Origin: an uncultured delta proteobacterium
GTDB taxonomy: Bacteria > Myxococcota > UBA727 > VGSZ01
Assembly (NCBI GenBank): GCA_963775425.1
Contig: CAVZJB010000009.1
Location: forward strand, 16,616-80,615
DNA: 64,000 bases
Direction: 5' to 3'
In this document: piece after piece, positions 19,158 through 31,926 of the stretch
Layout of the letters: each line of letters begins with the position of its first letter
Numbering within the stretch: the first letter of the stretch is position 1
Position numbers and translations under genes: made by a program
The notes under the pieces: generated by a model
The model's input: only the letters and a program-made list of their open reading frames with translations
Told to the model about the DNA's origin: nothing
Database searches by the model: none

Positions 19158-19735
19158 CGAACGACGACAACTTTCAGGAGCGACTGGACGCGGTGCTGCC
19201 ACGACTCCGTTCCAAGGACTTTCTCGAGTCCACGGGCCTCGGGAACGAGATCGCGTTCTACGTCTTCGACTACCCGCCAGTTCACGAGCTGAAGGTGCGA
19301 GATGAGATCGCTTCTGTTGTGAAGAAGCTCGCCGGAGACAAGCCGCCCATCAAAGTCCGCCACATCAACTTGTTCGATGTCCTCGTCGATCACCTCAAGG
19401 AGCGTGGTTTCCTCGACAAGGTGTTCGAGATGCAACGCACCAAAGGGGACGACGCGGTGCTGTCGCCCCTCAAGGGCCCGCTCGATGCCAAACGCTTTGC
19501 CGACGTCGTCGTGGCGGCAGCGAAGCCGAGCGAAGTCGACCTTGTGCTCGTGTCAGGAGTTGGCGGGGTTTACCCGCTGATCCGCACGCACCAACTCTTG
19601 AACAACCTTCATCCGCTGGTCCCGCACACGCCAATGGTCTTCTTTTATCCCGGCGACTACGACGGCAAGCACTTCCGGCTCTTCGGGAAGCTTCAAAACG
19701 ACAACTACTACCGTGCCTTCAAGCTCGTGAGCTGA
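19154..19735 (+). CDS. brxB: BREX protein BrxB (DUF1788)
   Basis: MTNDDNFQERLDAVLPRLRSKDFLESTGLGNEIAFYVFDYPP…FRLFGKLQNDNYYRAF; position second in the set. Confidence 0.75.
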   Translation: MTNDDNFQERLDAVLPRLRSKDFLESTGLGNEIAFYVFDYPPVHELKVRDEIASVVKKLAGDKPPIKVRHINLFDVLVDHLKERGFLDKVFEMQRTKGDDAVLSPLKGPLDAKRFADVVVAAAKPSEVDLVLVSGVGGVYPLIRTHQLLNNLHPLVPHTPMVFFYPGDYDGKHFRLFGKLQNDNYYRAFKLVS

Positions 19736-19746
19736 GTGGGGAATTC

Positions 19747-22700
19747 GTGAAAATCCAGGCGCTATTTCTGAAACAACTCGACAGACCCATCAACGGCGTC
19801 GTTAAGGCCGAGCAGGTCGCCAACGAAGTCGTCTGGAACGAGCTCGACGAGTACCACGTCACGAAGGAGCTCGACGGTCACCTGCGGAAGTTCCTCGAGG
19901 CGTACACCGCCTCGATCAACTCCCCGACCGACAACATGGGCGTCTGGATTTCGGGCTTCTTCGGATCCGGCAAGTCGCACTTCCTGAAGATCCTCTCGTA
20001 CTTGCTTGCTCGGCGCTCGGCGACGCATCCGCAGTCAGGCATCGCCAGGGATGCTGTCGAGTTCTTCAACACGAAGATCGGGCCGAAGGCTGGCGCCAAA
20101 GGCGATCCGGCGCTCTTCTCCGATGTGCTCACTGCGACATCCAAGCCGACCGACGTGCTCCTCTTCAACATCGATGCGAAGGCTGATGCGAAGTGGGGTC
20201 GCGACGCTGTGCTCCAGGTCTTCGTGCGTGTCTTGAACGAGCGCCAGGGTTTCTCCAGCGACCATCCGCACATCGCCTACATGGAGCGCTACCTGCAGAA
20301 GCAAGGGAAGCTCGACGCTTTCCACGCCGAGTTTCAAAAGCGCGCCGGTAGCGCATGGGTCGCAGAGCGCGATGCCTGGCACTTCCATGAGGACGCGCTG
20401 CGTGGGGCGCTCGCCCTTGCGCTTGGGAAGGACGAAGCGGCGACCAAGGCGTGGTTCGACAAGGCTGAGCAGGACTCGGTTGTCACGGTGGAGAAGTTGG
20501 CGGCGCAGGTGAAGGAGTACCTGGCGACAAAGGGACCGGATCAGCGCGTCGTCTTCTGCGCCGACGAGGTCGGCCAGTTCATCGGCAACGACACACACCT
20601 GATGCTCAACCTGCAGACGGTCGCCGAGCACCTCGGCACCGCGTGCCAGGGGCGCGCCTGGGTCATCGTGACTTCTCAAGAGGACATTGACGCCGTGCTC
20701 GGGCAGTTCCGGGCGGTCAAAGAGAACGACTTCTCGAAGATCCAGGGCCGCTTCAAGACGCGCCTGTCGCTTTCAAGCTCCAACACCGATGAGGTCATCG
20801 GTGCGCGTCTGCTCGAGAAGACAACCGACGCAGTCAAGGAGCTAACGAAGGTCTTCGCGGAGAAGGGCGACATCCTCAAGAACCAGGTGTCGTTCTCATC
20901 GACGAAGAAGAAGTTCCAGAACTACACCGACCCGCAGAGCTTCATCACCGCGTATCCGTTCGCCCCGTACCACTTCGAGCTGGTGCAGAAGATCTTCGAG
21001 TCGATCCGAAAAGCAGGCGCGACCGGCGTGCACCTCGCTCAGGGCGAGCGCTCGATGCTCGACGCCTTCCAATCCGCGGCGCTGGCCATCAAAGACCGTG
21101 AGGTGGGCGCTCTCGTCGCGATCCACCGCTTCTATCCTGCCATCGAGAGCTTCCTCGACACCACGGTCAAGCGGACCATCGACCAGGCCAAAGAAAACCC
21201 GGCGATCAAGGCGTTCCCCGAAGACGTCGAGCTTCTCCGTGCACTGTTTCTCATTCGCTACGTCGACGTGCTCAAGGGAACGGTCGATAACCTCGTCACG
21301 TTGAGTCTCGAGGAAATCGACCAAGACCGGATCGCCCTGAAGAAGAAGATCGAGGCGAGCCTCGAGCGACTTGAGGGCCAGAACCTCATCTCGCGGAGCG
21401 GTGATACGTACAGCTTCCTTACGAGCGAGGAGCAGGATGTCGGCCGCGAGATCAAGAACCAGGAGATTTCCCCAAGCGACGAACAGAGGAAGCTCGCTGA
21501 GCTCATCTACGCGGACGTCCTCAAGGGGCAGGTCAAGCACACGTTCAAGGACAACAAGGTCGACTATAAGCTCACCCGCTACTGCGACGGCCAGCTCACC
21601 GGAAACAAGAAGGACGAAGACCTTGCTGTTTCCGTCGTGACGCCGCTGCACGACACCTACGAAGCGTTCAACCCGGCGCTCTGTGTCACACAGTCGACCG
21701 AGCATGGGGGACAGCTGCTCGTAAAGCTCAGCGACAACCCCCAGTTGCTTCGCGAGTTGAAGCAGTACTTGAAGACCGACAAATACGTCCGCTTCAAGAC
21801 GGACGAGAGCAACCCGGAAACGCTCAAGCGCATTCTTCGCGACCGGGCCGATGAGAACCGCGAGCGTGACGCGCGTCTGCGCGAGATGGTGGAGGTGTTG
21901 CTATCAACCGCGGACTTCTTCGCCGCCGGCAACTCGCTTAAGCCCAAGAGCACCAACGTCGCCGCACAGTTCGCCGAAGGCTTCGACTACCTGGTCCGCA
22001 ACACGTTCAACAAGATGGTGCTGCTCTCGCACCCAAGCAAGGACGCGAGTGCTGCGCAGGCGGAGACGGCGGCTGTTCTCGCAGCAAGCGACACGCACCA
22101 GCAGGCGCTCGGCCTTGGTCTCGAGGCGCCCAACGGCAAGGCGCTTCAAGACCTGCTGCAGTACGTGAAGCTCAGCTCGAGCAACAACCACAAGGTGATC
22201 CTTGAGGACCTGGTCTCGCGTTACGAGCGTCGTCCGTATGGCTGGCCCACGTACGATGTCGTGCTGCTGCTGGCGCGGCTGTTCGTCGCTGGGGAAATCA
22301 CCCTGCTTCTCGATGGGCAGGCGATGGCCCCGGCAGACGCCAAAGACCCGCTCGCCAAGCGCGCAAACTGGAGCAAGGTCACGGTGCGCAAGCGCGCGAC
22401 CACCACCGGCGATGTGCTCAAGAAAGCCCGCGAGCTCGGCAAGAAGCTCTTCGACACCACGGGTCCCGACGGCGAGCAGGAGCTCTCAACGTTCTTGCAC
22501 GAGCGCTTTGCCGACTGGCGATCGGACCTGCAGAAGATCGCGCCACTCTTCGCTGGCGGAAAGTACCCGGGCGAAACAGTCGTCGTTGACGGCCTGCACC
22601 GCATTGAAGCGTTGGTTCACCTGGTTGAGCCCACAGAGTTCCTTGGCACTCTCGTAGCAGACGGTGCTTCGTGGCTCGCCTTCAACGACAAGCGCCAAGA

Positions 22701-23337
22701 CCTTGAGCAGTTCTTCAAGACCCAGCGCCCCACCTGGGATGACCTGCGCCTTGCCGTCGACAGCACCTACAAAGCCAACCTGCACGCGCTTCTCCACCGC
22801 GCTTCGGCGAAGGCGGCCTTCACTTCCATCGGCGAGCTGCTCGCGCTTGCCGAGCCCTACGGGAAGTTGCACACGGCCGCCGCCCTGCTCGCGACCCTGA
22901 AGACGGAGAACGAGGCGCTGCTCGCGGATGTGCGTCCGTCAGCTGTGGCGGCCATCGAGGGCTACGTCGGTCAGCTGAAGGCTGCCATCGAGCAGGCCGA
23001 GAAGACGCGCGGGACAAGCGCCACGGCCGAGCTGCAGAACGGCTGGCTTCATCCGCTGCAAGGTCACCTGAAGACCGCGCAGACCTCCAAAGAGCTGCCC
23101 ACCATCGCCGATGCGCAGCAGCGTGCTGAGGAGGCGCGCAACGACGCCCTGGATGACATCGAGCAGTGGGCGAATCCAAAGGTCCCGAAGCCGCAGCGAC
23201 CAATCCACACCGTGACGGTGTCTTCGCTCGTCAAGACGCCCTACCTCGAGAATGAGAGGGACGTCGACGCGTTTCTGAGCGCCTTGAAGGATGAGCTTCT
23301 CACCATGGTGGCAACGCACCGCATCCGCATCAAGTGA
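19747..23337 (+). CDS. brxC: BREX ATPase BrxC/PglY (1196 aa, P-loop)
   Basis: Walker A GFFGSGKSHFLK, size and position typical of BrxC; intact ORF with GTG start. Confidence 0.85.
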   Translation: MKIQALFLKQLDRPINGVVKAEQVANEVVWNELDEYHVTKELDGHLRKFLEAYTASINSPTDNMGVWISGFFGSGKSHFLKILSYLLARRSATHPQSGIARDAVEFFNTKIGPKAGAKGDPALFSDVLTATSKPTDVLLFNIDAKADAKWGRDAVLQVFVRVLNERQGFSSDHPHIAYMERYLQKQGKLDAFHAEFQKRAGSAWVAERDAWHFHEDALRGALALALGKDEAATKAWFDKAEQDSVVTVEKLAAQVKEYLATKGPDQRVVFCADEVGQFIGNDTHLMLNLQTVAEHLGTACQGRAWVIVTSQEDIDAVLGQFRAVKENDFSKIQGRFKTRLSLSSSNTDEVIGARLLEKTTDAVKELTKVFAEKGDILKNQVSFSSTKKKFQNYTDPQSFITAYPFAPYHFELVQKIFESIRKAGATGVHLAQGERSMLDAFQSAALAIKDREVGALVAIHRFYPAIESFLDTTVKRTIDQAKENPAIKAFPEDVELLRALFLIRYVDVLKGTVDNLVTLSLEEIDQDRIALKKKIEASLERLEGQNLISRSGDTYSFLTSEEQDVGREIKNQEISPSDEQRKLAELIYADVLKGQVKHTFKDNKVDYKLTRYCDGQLTGNKKDEDLAVSVVTPLHDTYEAFNPALCVTQSTEHGGQLLVKLSDNPQLLRELKQYLKTDKYVRFKTDESNPETLKRILRDRADENRERDARLREMVEVLLSTADFFAAGNSLKPKSTNVAAQFAEGFDYLVRNTFNKMVLLSHPSKDASAAQAETAAVLAASDTHQQALGLGLEAPNGKALQDLLQYVKLSSSNNHKVILEDLVSRYERRPYGWPTYDVVLLLARLFVAGEITLLLDGQAMAPADAKDPLAKRANWSKVTVRKRATTTGDVLKKARELGKKLFDTTGPDGEQELSTFLHERFADWRSDLQKIAPLFAGGKYPGETVVVDGLHRIEALVHLVEPTEFLGTLVADGASWLAFNDKRQDLEQFFKTQRPTWDDLRLAVDSTYKANLHALLHRASAKAAFTSIGELLALAEPYGKLHTAAALLATLKTENEALLADVRPSAVAAIEGYVGQLKAAIEQAEKTRGTSATAELQNGWLHPLQGHLKTAQTSKELPTIADAQQRAEEARNDALDDIEQWANPKVPKPQRPIHTVTVSSLVKTPYLENERDVDAFLSALKDELLTMVATHRIRIK

Positions 23338-23449
23338 ATGCCGCAACTTCAGCGAGTTCTAGGCGGAGCTCATCGACGAAATCTGGACCCACGGAAGGCT
23401 GCATGACCTCAGGCAACACCACCCACGAACCCTGCAATCGAATGGTCGG

Positions 23450-26400
23450 GTGCACGCTGCGCCGACACCACCCTGGAAACTGTCAGGTCGCGGCCGCGAA
23501 TCCGGTCGGGCTACGCTCGGGGGCGGGGGACAGCGTGCGGAGTCCCTGAACAAGGCCAAGCTCAAAGCCTTCGCGCCCAAGGCGCGTCGAGACCTCATCC
23601 GGGCCGTCACCGACCGCGCCCAGAAGCTCGGCATCACGAAGGATGGTGCGTCCGACGTCGTCATCCAAGGCGACTCGGCGATCATCATGGGTCAGCCGTA
23701 CCCACGGAAGACGGGCGAGATGCGCGAGGCGCTCCGCCAGCGCATCGGACAGCAAGGCTTCTCGCAGGTCATCGAGGCGGCTGCATACACGTGGTTCAAT
23801 CGCTTCATGGCGCTGCGCTACATGGAAGTGCACGGCTACCTCGACCACGGCTTCCGCGTGCTGTCGGACCCCGAGTCCACAGACACCGGCGCGCTGCCGC
23901 AGATTTTGGGCGAGGCTGAGAACGTCGAATTGCCTGGGCTCAATCGCGAGCTCGTCGTTGAGCTCAAGCTGGCGGGCAACAAGGACGCGGAGCTGTACCG
24001 GAGGCTGGTGCTCGCGCAGTGCGAGGCGCTGCACGCGGCGATGCCATTCCTTTTTGAGCCCATCGACGACGACACCGAACTGTTGCTGCCCGACAACTTG
24101 TTGCACTCGGATTCGATCGTTCGTGGACTTGTGAACGACATCGACGAGGAGGATTGGCAGGAGGTCGAGGTCGTTGGCTGGCTCTACCAGTTCTACATCG
24201 CGGAGAGGAAAGACGAGGTCATCGGCAGCGTGATCAAGAGCGAGGATATTCCCGCCGCGACGCAGCTCTTCACGCCCAACTGGATCGTCCAGTATCCTCG
24301 TTCAGAACAGCGTGGGTCGGCTTTGGCGGCTGGCGAACCCATCGTCGACTCTGTCGCAACAATGGCCGTACTTCATCGACCTGCGAAGCAGACGCCCGAG
24401 GTGCAGGAGCGACTCGACGCCCTGATTAAGTCGCGCATCGTTCAAGACGGCGAAAGCTTGAACCCAGAATCGATCACCATCCTCGATCCAGCGTGCGGCT
24501 CGGGCCACATACTCGTCGTCGCCTACGACGTCCTCAAGGCCATCTACCTCGAGCGTGGATATCAGCCCCGCGAAATTCCGCGCCTGATCCTCGAGAAGGA
24601 ACCTCTTCGGACTCGACATCGACGACCGCGCCGCGCAACTTTCGTCTTTTGCGCTCTGCATGAAGGGCCGTGCGGATGATCGACAGCTCTTCAGCAAGCC
24701 GCCGATTCTAAATGTCCTGCCGATTGCGGACACCGAAGGGCTACGGCTCGACAACCTGGCAACCGACCTCGTGCCGCTCGGCGTTCCCTTTGCTCACCTG
24801 AGCGCTCTCCTCGAGGTGTTCAAACCCGCAAAGACGCGGGGATCGCTTATTCAGATCCCCGAGGAACTGCGCACCGCGTTGCCGTCGATCGCCGTCACGC
24901 TGGAGGCTGCCGGTGCGGCCATGGCCACCCCCGAGGCCCAACTTCAACGTGCGAAAGTCGCGCTACTTGTTCGGCAAGCAAGCATCCTCTCGATGAAGGT
25001 AGACAACGTCATCGCGAACCCGCCGTACATGAACAGGAAGTACCTGAACAACGATCTCGATGCCTTTCTGAAGACGCAATATACCGCCACGCAAATCGAC
25101 CTGTACGCGGCATTTATCATCCGTTCCACTGTATTTGCAAAGGCGACAGGTTTTGTGTCGATGATTGCAATGGATAGTTGGATGTTCGGGCAGGACTTCA
25201 CGTCGACGCGAGCTTCCGTGAACGAGCGCCTCACCCCAATCACGGTGGCACATCTCGGAGCCAGGGCGTTCGAGGAAGTGCCTGGTGAGGTTGTGCAAAC
25301 CGCGGCGTTCTCGTCATATCGGGGGCCGGTGGGCGACTTCATTGGCACCTACTACCGTCTAACAAAAGCGAGTTCGTCCGAGGAAAAGCGGGAGCTGCTA
25401 CTGGCTCGCTCGAACTGCTATCGATCCCGGCTTACAGACTTTTCTCTCTTTCCGCGATGCGCCATGATCTACTACGCCAGTGAACGCACGAAGGAAGCGT
25501 TTAGAAATGGCATTACGCTCGGTGATTTTGCCGACGTCGCGACTGGACTTCAGACCGGTAACAATCCTCGCTTTATCAAGTACTGGTTCGAGGTGAGCCG
25601 CGAGATGATCCAGCGGGAGGCGAAGTCTTGTGCGCACGCCGAGCAGATCGGCGGACGTTGGTTTCCCTATGTCAAAGGGAGTGAATACCGGAAATGGTAT
25701 GGCAGCCAGCTCTGCATTCTCGACTGGCGCGATGACGGACGAGAAATACGACATCACCCATCAAGTGCGGTGCGCAATCCAGACTTCTATTTTCGTCCAG
25801 GGATTGCATACAACAACATCTCAAAGGTCTTTTGTGCGCGTGCGGTCGATGCCGGGGCAATCTTCGATCAGAAGAATTCTATGATTTTTCCTCGGAACGA
25901 CGAGGACCGAGCCGGGATCCTTGGCTTCTTGCATAGTTCCGTCGTGTCCCCCCTCCTTGAGGTGGTCGCGCAAAAGGACTTCAACCCGGGCGCGCTACGG
26001 GAGATCCCTCTCGACGGATCCCTCCTCTCCTCCAAGACGGTGGCCACGGCGGTGAACCGACTCGTTCAACTCGCACGGCAGAACTGGGATGCGTTCGAGC
26101 AGTCGTGGGACTTTTCTGGTCATCCAATAGCTTCGTTTCCGTCGACGCGTCTATCGGAAAGCTGGGCGGCATGGCGCGACGCCAATGCCAATGACGCGGC
26201 GCACGCGAAGCAGACTGGAGGATGAAGTCGATCGCGCCTGCATCGAAGCCTACGGGCTCCAAGCGGAACTCTCTGCTGACGTCCCCGAGGAGCAGATTAC
26301 GCTGGTTCGCGCCGATCGTGAAAGGACTGCCAACGCCTCATCTCCTACGCAGTCGGATGCATGATGGGGCGCTACTGTCTCGATGAGCTAGGGTTGATCT

Positions 26401-27071
26401 ATGCAAATGCTAGCAACATTGGCTTCCAGCCAACCCGCTACAAGACCTTCCCGGCCGATACCGACGGCATCATTCCCATTACCGATGCACTCTGGTTCGA
26501 CGACGACGCCGCAAAACGGGTTCGCGAGTTCTTGCATGCCATCTGGGGCGCTGAAAACCTCGACGAAAACATGAAGTGGCTCGCCGAGAGTCTCGGCACC
26601 AAAGCCACTGAGCTTCCCGAGGAGACGATCCGTCGGTATTTGAGTGACAAGTTTTTCAAGGACCATCTGCAGACCTACAAAAAGCGTCCGATCTACTGGC
26701 TGTTTTCGAGCGGAAAGGAGAAGGCGTTCGAGTGCCTCGTCTACCTGCACCGCTACAACGAATCGACACTCTCCCGAATGCGCGCCGACTACGTCATCCC
26801 GCTGCAGGGAAAGCTCGCGTCCCGCGCCAAACTTCTTGAGACCGAGGAGAAGCAGGCGACGTCGACGGCCCAGAAGCGCAAGCTCCAGAAGGAGCTCGTG
26901 GACGTCGAGAAGAAGGTTGTCGAGATCCGAAAGTTCGACGAGCTGCTCAAGCATCATGCCGACCAACGCATCACGCTCGACCTCGATGCCGGCGTGAACG
27001 TCAACTACGGCAAGTTCGGCGACCTGCTCGCGATGGTCGACAAGGTCTGCGGCGAGAAGGAAGAGGAGTAG
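23450..27071 (+). pseudogene. pglX: BREX adenine-specific DNA methyltransferase PglX (BrxX), split by at least 5 single-base frameshifts
   Basis: Conserved blocks found in three different frames: FTPNWIVQY|LVQNSVGRLW…PYFIDL|…ILDPACGSGH…LILEK|NLFGLDIDDRAAQLS…NPPYMNRK…|IEAYGLQ…|ISYAVGCMMGRYCLD…RPIYWLFSSGK…DAGVNVNYGKFGD; indels sit at CC/GG runs (e.g. cagtatCctcgtt, gagaaGgaacc). Confidence 0.8.
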
Positions 27072-27075
27072 CGGC

Positions 27076-29794
27076 GTGGACACCCAGCAGCTCGTCACCG
27101 GGCTCCGTCAGAAGTTTGAAACCGAGGGCCATCGCATTGTGTTCTGGCACGACGATGCGAAGGCGTTTGAGCTCGAGCTTGCCGAGTTGCCGCTCGCAAG
27201 CCTCGCCGGTGGCGTCACGCTGCTTCGCCTCAGCGACATCGGTGCGCTCGAGGCCAAGGTCCGACTCGAGCGTGCAGAGCCGCAAACGCGCTTCCTCGTC
27301 TACTCCGGGTCCCGCCAGCCCGAGCCCGAACACGACTGGCTGCTCGACATCCGCCTCTACAGCGGCACGTTCAGCGCCAATCGCGCGGCGATGTTGTTGA
27401 GCGAGCTTGGCCTCATCACGCTCTCGCTCAAGGAGCATATCGAGAAGCGCATCGCGTTCTTCGGGAGCCCGCAGCGTGTGGTGGAGCTGAAGAAGCTCGT
27501 CGACCAGAGCGACACCGCAGACTCCCTCGACCTAAAGATGATCGCAGTGCTCGCCCGTGCGCAGAAGGCAGACATCGATCCGATTCTCATCGCGCTGCTC
27601 CATGCTGCCGTGTCCTCCGGCGGCAAGAAGGGCGCGCTCATCTCGAGCGAAGGCGCCGCTTCCGCGTCGGAGCTGGCGTTGGGCGCGGCGCCAGCTGTGG
27701 CCGACCCCGTCGTGGAGCTTGAGAAGCACGGCTTGAGTGCTGCCTTTTGGAGCCGAGTCAAGGCGCACACCGGGTTCGACGATCCATCGCCGTCGCTGAA
27801 GAAGTTGGCGACGCGCATGATGGTGTCTGAGTTCGGGCGCTCGCTGAAGGGCGCGGACCTGCCATCGACGTTGAAGCCGCTGCTCTTGCCCGACGGCAAC
27901 CACACCGCCGCCGTTCGCGTCTGCCTGTCGACGTGGCGTGACAGCGGAGCCTTTCATCAGAGCTACGACATCTGGAGCCGGCGCATCGAGCGCGAGCAGG
28001 AGTTGCCGACCAAGTTGTCTGGGTTCACCCGCCAGCAGCTTGCGACCGCGGGGACCTTCGCCATCAGTGAGAAGCTCACCCTGGCGGCGCTGATGAACGA
28101 GCTCGTCGTGGCCTTCGACCCTGACCAGCCGTTTGACCTGCACGGCTACCAGAAGGCCATCAGCGACCGTCGAACCGGCCATTGGGTGACGGACAAGCTG
28201 CCCGACGCAGAGAAGGTGAAGCGCTCGGCCTTCGCCAATGCCTACCGCGCCCTCGAAGCCGTGGCCGACCTCGTGGGCCTCCGCCGGGCGCACGCAGACG
28301 GGTTCTCGTTCGCGACTGTCGAGGCCATGTGGTCCGCGTACACCACCGACCTCCATCGGTTTGACGGTGGCTACCGACGCTTTCAAGAGGCCGCCGCCGG
28401 CGTGGCGGACACCGGAGCCGATGTTTTGAAGCCGCTAGCGACCAAGGTGGAGGCGCTCTACACGGACTGGTTTCTCCCTGAGCTGGTGAAGGCTTGGATG
28501 CCGTTCGTCGAGGAATCGGCCGGACCTGGTCGCCCGAAGTTGCTCGGGACCTGGCAAATCAAAGACGTCCCAGTGCAGATCGATTTCTATGCGCGCAACG
28601 TCGCCCCGATCCTGCAGGACAAGACCGGACCCAAGCGCGTCTTTGTCATCATCAGCGACGCGCTTCGCTACGAAGTCGCGCAGGAAATCACGAAAGAGCT
28701 GAACGGCACGTACCGGTTCAAAGCTGCGCTGAGCTCTCAGCTCGGGGTTCTCCCCAGCTACACCGACCTCGGCATGGCCGCGCTGCTCCCTCACCAGAAG
28801 CTCGCGTTTGACGAGGGCGGCGACGTGCGGGTCGACGGCAAGCGCCGACAGTCGCTCGAGTTGCAGTCCACCATTCTCGAGACCGTTCACGGCGCGGCTT
28901 TCAACGCCGATGACCTGCTCAAGAAGTCGAAGGAAGATGCGCGCAAGGCCGTGAACGGGTTCCCAGTCGTCTACATCTACGACGGTGGCATCGACGCGGT
29001 CGGTGACAAAGCTGCGACCGAACACCTGACCTGCCTCACGGCACGCGACACCATCAACAAGATCGTGCGGCTGGTGGCCGACATCGTGAACAAGATGAAC
29101 GGTAGCTACATCATCGTCACCGCCGACCACGGCTTTCTATTTCAGGCCGACAAACAAACCGACCTCGACAAGAGCGCGCTCGACGAGAAGTCGGCCGGCG
29201 CGTTCGATCGCGAAGAAGCGCTACGTCATCGGCAGCGACCTCAAGCCTTCAAGCGGGGCCCTCCATGGGAACACCCAGGCGACGGCGGGAATCGAGGGGG
29301 GACCCGAGTTTCTGGTCCCGTACGGCACGCAGCTCTTTCATCTCGCGGGCGGCGCACGCTTCGTCCACGGCGGCTCGATGCTCCAAGAGATCGTCGTTCC
29401 GGTCATCACCGTCAAAGAGCTCGAAGGCAAGAAGGCCAGCGAGGCCAGACCAGAGCCCGTCAAGATCCAGGTGCTCAAGGGACCCCACAGCTTCGTCATG
29501 AACACGCGGAAGTTCGAGCTTCTCCAGATGGAAGCGGTCGCGGGCAAGGTCGTCGCCGCGCGCATCAGCGTCGGCGTGTTCGATGACCAGCAGCTCATCT
29601 CGGACTCCAAGGAGGTGCTCTTCGACAGCACCTCGCAGAGCCAGGAGGAGCGCACCAAAACGGTCGAGCTCACGGTCAAGGGCGACACGTTCGCGAAGAA
29701 GGAATACCGCCTCGTCCTGAAGAACCTCGACACACTCCAGGTGCAGGACTACCCCGTCACCATCAACATCACGTTCTCGAAGATCGACTTCTGA
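27076..29794 (+). CDS. pglZ: BREX alkaline-phosphatase-superfamily protein PglZ (BrxZ); 1-bp frameshift near 29215
   Basis: N-terminal RIVFWHDDAKAFELELAELP…, C-terminal tail …KKRYVIGSDL…FLVPYGTQLFHLAGGARFVHGGSMLQEIVVPVI lies in the ORF 29378..29794 frame; GTG start after a GAAGGAAGAGGAG SD. Confidence 0.8.
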
Positions 29795-29806
29795 GGTGGA
29801 GCGCAC

Positions 29807-31862
29807 ATGACAACCGGCAGCGTTCCCACCACCGCAGACACCGAGCTCGATGCGCTTCTGAAGGAGCACTTCGCAGGCAAGATCGTGCGCAAGGCTCTGA
29901 CCAAGCTCGTGAAGGAGGGCGCAAACGTTCCGATCTACGTGCTCGAGTACCTCCTCGGCATGAACTGCTCGTCGAACGACGAGGCAGTCAACGACCTCGG
30001 GCTGAGCGTCGTCAAGGGCATCCTCTCAGACAACTACGTCCGGCCCGACGAGGCTGAGAAGATCAAGTCCAAGATCCGCGAGAAGGGCTCCTACAAGGTC
30101 ATCGATCGCGTCACCGTCCGCCTCAACGAGAAACGCGACACCTACGAGGCCACGCTCTCGAACCTCGGCATCAAAGGCGTCGAGGTCCCGGCGAGCACGG
30201 TCAAGGAGTTCGAGAAGCTCCTCGCGGGCGGAATCTGGAGCGTCATCTCGCTCCAATACTTCTACGAGGAGGGCCAGAAGGGGTCACCGTTCAGCATCTC
30301 TTCGCTCCGGCCCATCCAGACTGCCGAACATGGACATGGAGGGTCTGTTTGCCGGCCGTGGTCACTTCACGACGGCGCAGTGGATCGACGCCTTGGTGCG
30401 GTCCTCAGGCATGGAGCCCTCCGTGCTCGATGAAAACGTCAAGTGGCACTTGCTCGCCCGCATGGTCCCGTTCGTCGAGAACAACTACAACATGGTGGAG
30501 CTCGGCCCGCGCGGTACCGGCAAGAGCCACATCTACAAAGAGATCTCGCCGAACAGCATTCTCGTCTCGGGTGGCCAGACCACCGTCGCAAACCTGTTCT
30601 ACAACATGGGCACGAGCACCATTGGCCTCGTCGGGCTCTGGGATGTCGTGGCATTCGACGAGGTCGCCGGGATCCACTTCAAGGAGAACGACGGCGTCCA
30701 GATCATGAAGGACTTCATGGCCTCAGGCTCGTTCAGCCGTGGTCGTGCACCCGTCGCCGCGTCGGCGTCGATGGTCTTCGTCGGCAACATCGACGGCAGC
30801 ATCGAAACGCTCGTGAAGACGAGCCATCTGCTCGCCCCCTTCCCCGAGGAGATGATCGACTCAGCCTTCTTCGATCGCATGCACGCCTACCTGCCTGGCT
30901 GGGAAATTCCGAAGATGCGGCCGGAGTTCTTCACGAACCAATACGGTTTCATCGTCGACTACCTCGCCGAATTTATGCGCGAGATGCGCAAGCGCAGTTT
31001 CGCTGACGCGATCGACAAGTACTTCCGCCTCGGCCGCGACTTGAACCAGCGGGACACGATTGCGGTTCGTCGCACTGTGTCGGGCCTGCTCAAGCTGGTG
31101 CATCCCAACGAGAAATACGACAAGGAAGACGTCCGCAAGGCTCTGGAGTACGCGCTGCAAGTCCGGCGTCGCGTCAAAGAGCAGCTCAAGAAGATCGGCG
31201 GGATGGAGTTCTACGACGTCCACTTCAGTTACCTCGACATCGAGAGCGGCGAGGAGCGATTCATCTCGGTGAACGAGCAGGGTGGCGGTTCCCTCATCCC
31301 TGAGAGCCCCGCGAAGCCGGGCGTGCTCTACACGGTCGCACGGGGTTCCGGCGGAATGCTCGGGCTCTACCGACTCGAGCTACAGGTCACAGCGGGGTCG
31401 GGAAAGCTGACGTTGTCCGGCTTCGGCTCGAACACGGCGTCGAAGGAATCAGTCAAGGTCGGCTTCGACTTTTTCAAGGCCAACGCGAGCCGTGTGAGCG
31501 CTTCGATGAAGCCCGGGGATCACGATTTTCACCTCCACATCGTCGAACTGCACAACACCGGTCCAACGACCTCGTTGACGTTGCCCGCGGTGCTCGCGTT
31601 TTCGAGCGCGATGCTTATGAAGCCGATCCTCGGCCAGATGGTTGTGCTCGGCGACATGAGCCTCGGTGGAAGCGTCAAGAAGGCCGAAGACCTTGCGAGC
31701 TCGCTCCAGGTCGCCTTCGATGCTGGCGCGAAGCGGGTCTTGATGCCGATGGCAAGCGTCGGGGACATCCCGACCGTGCCCGGTGAGCTATTCGCGAAGT
31801 TCCAGACGAGCTTCTATGCGGACGCCGTCGATGCGGCGTTCAAGGCTCTTGGCGTCGCGTGA
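29807..31862 (+). CDS. brxL: BREX Lon-like protease BrxL; 1-bp frameshift near 30330
   Basis: N-terminal …GKIVRKALTKLVKEGANVPIYVLEYLLGM…NYVRPDEAEKIKSKIREKGSYKVID… then MDMEGLFAGRGHFTTAQWIDALVRSSGMEPSVLDENVKWHLLARMVPFVENNY…GPRGTGKSH in the next frame. Confidence 0.8.
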
Positions 31863-31926
31863 CCTGGCACTCAGCGTTGTCACGCGCAGTTCGGGCTCAT
31901 CGCGGCCACTACCTGGGGAGCGCACA

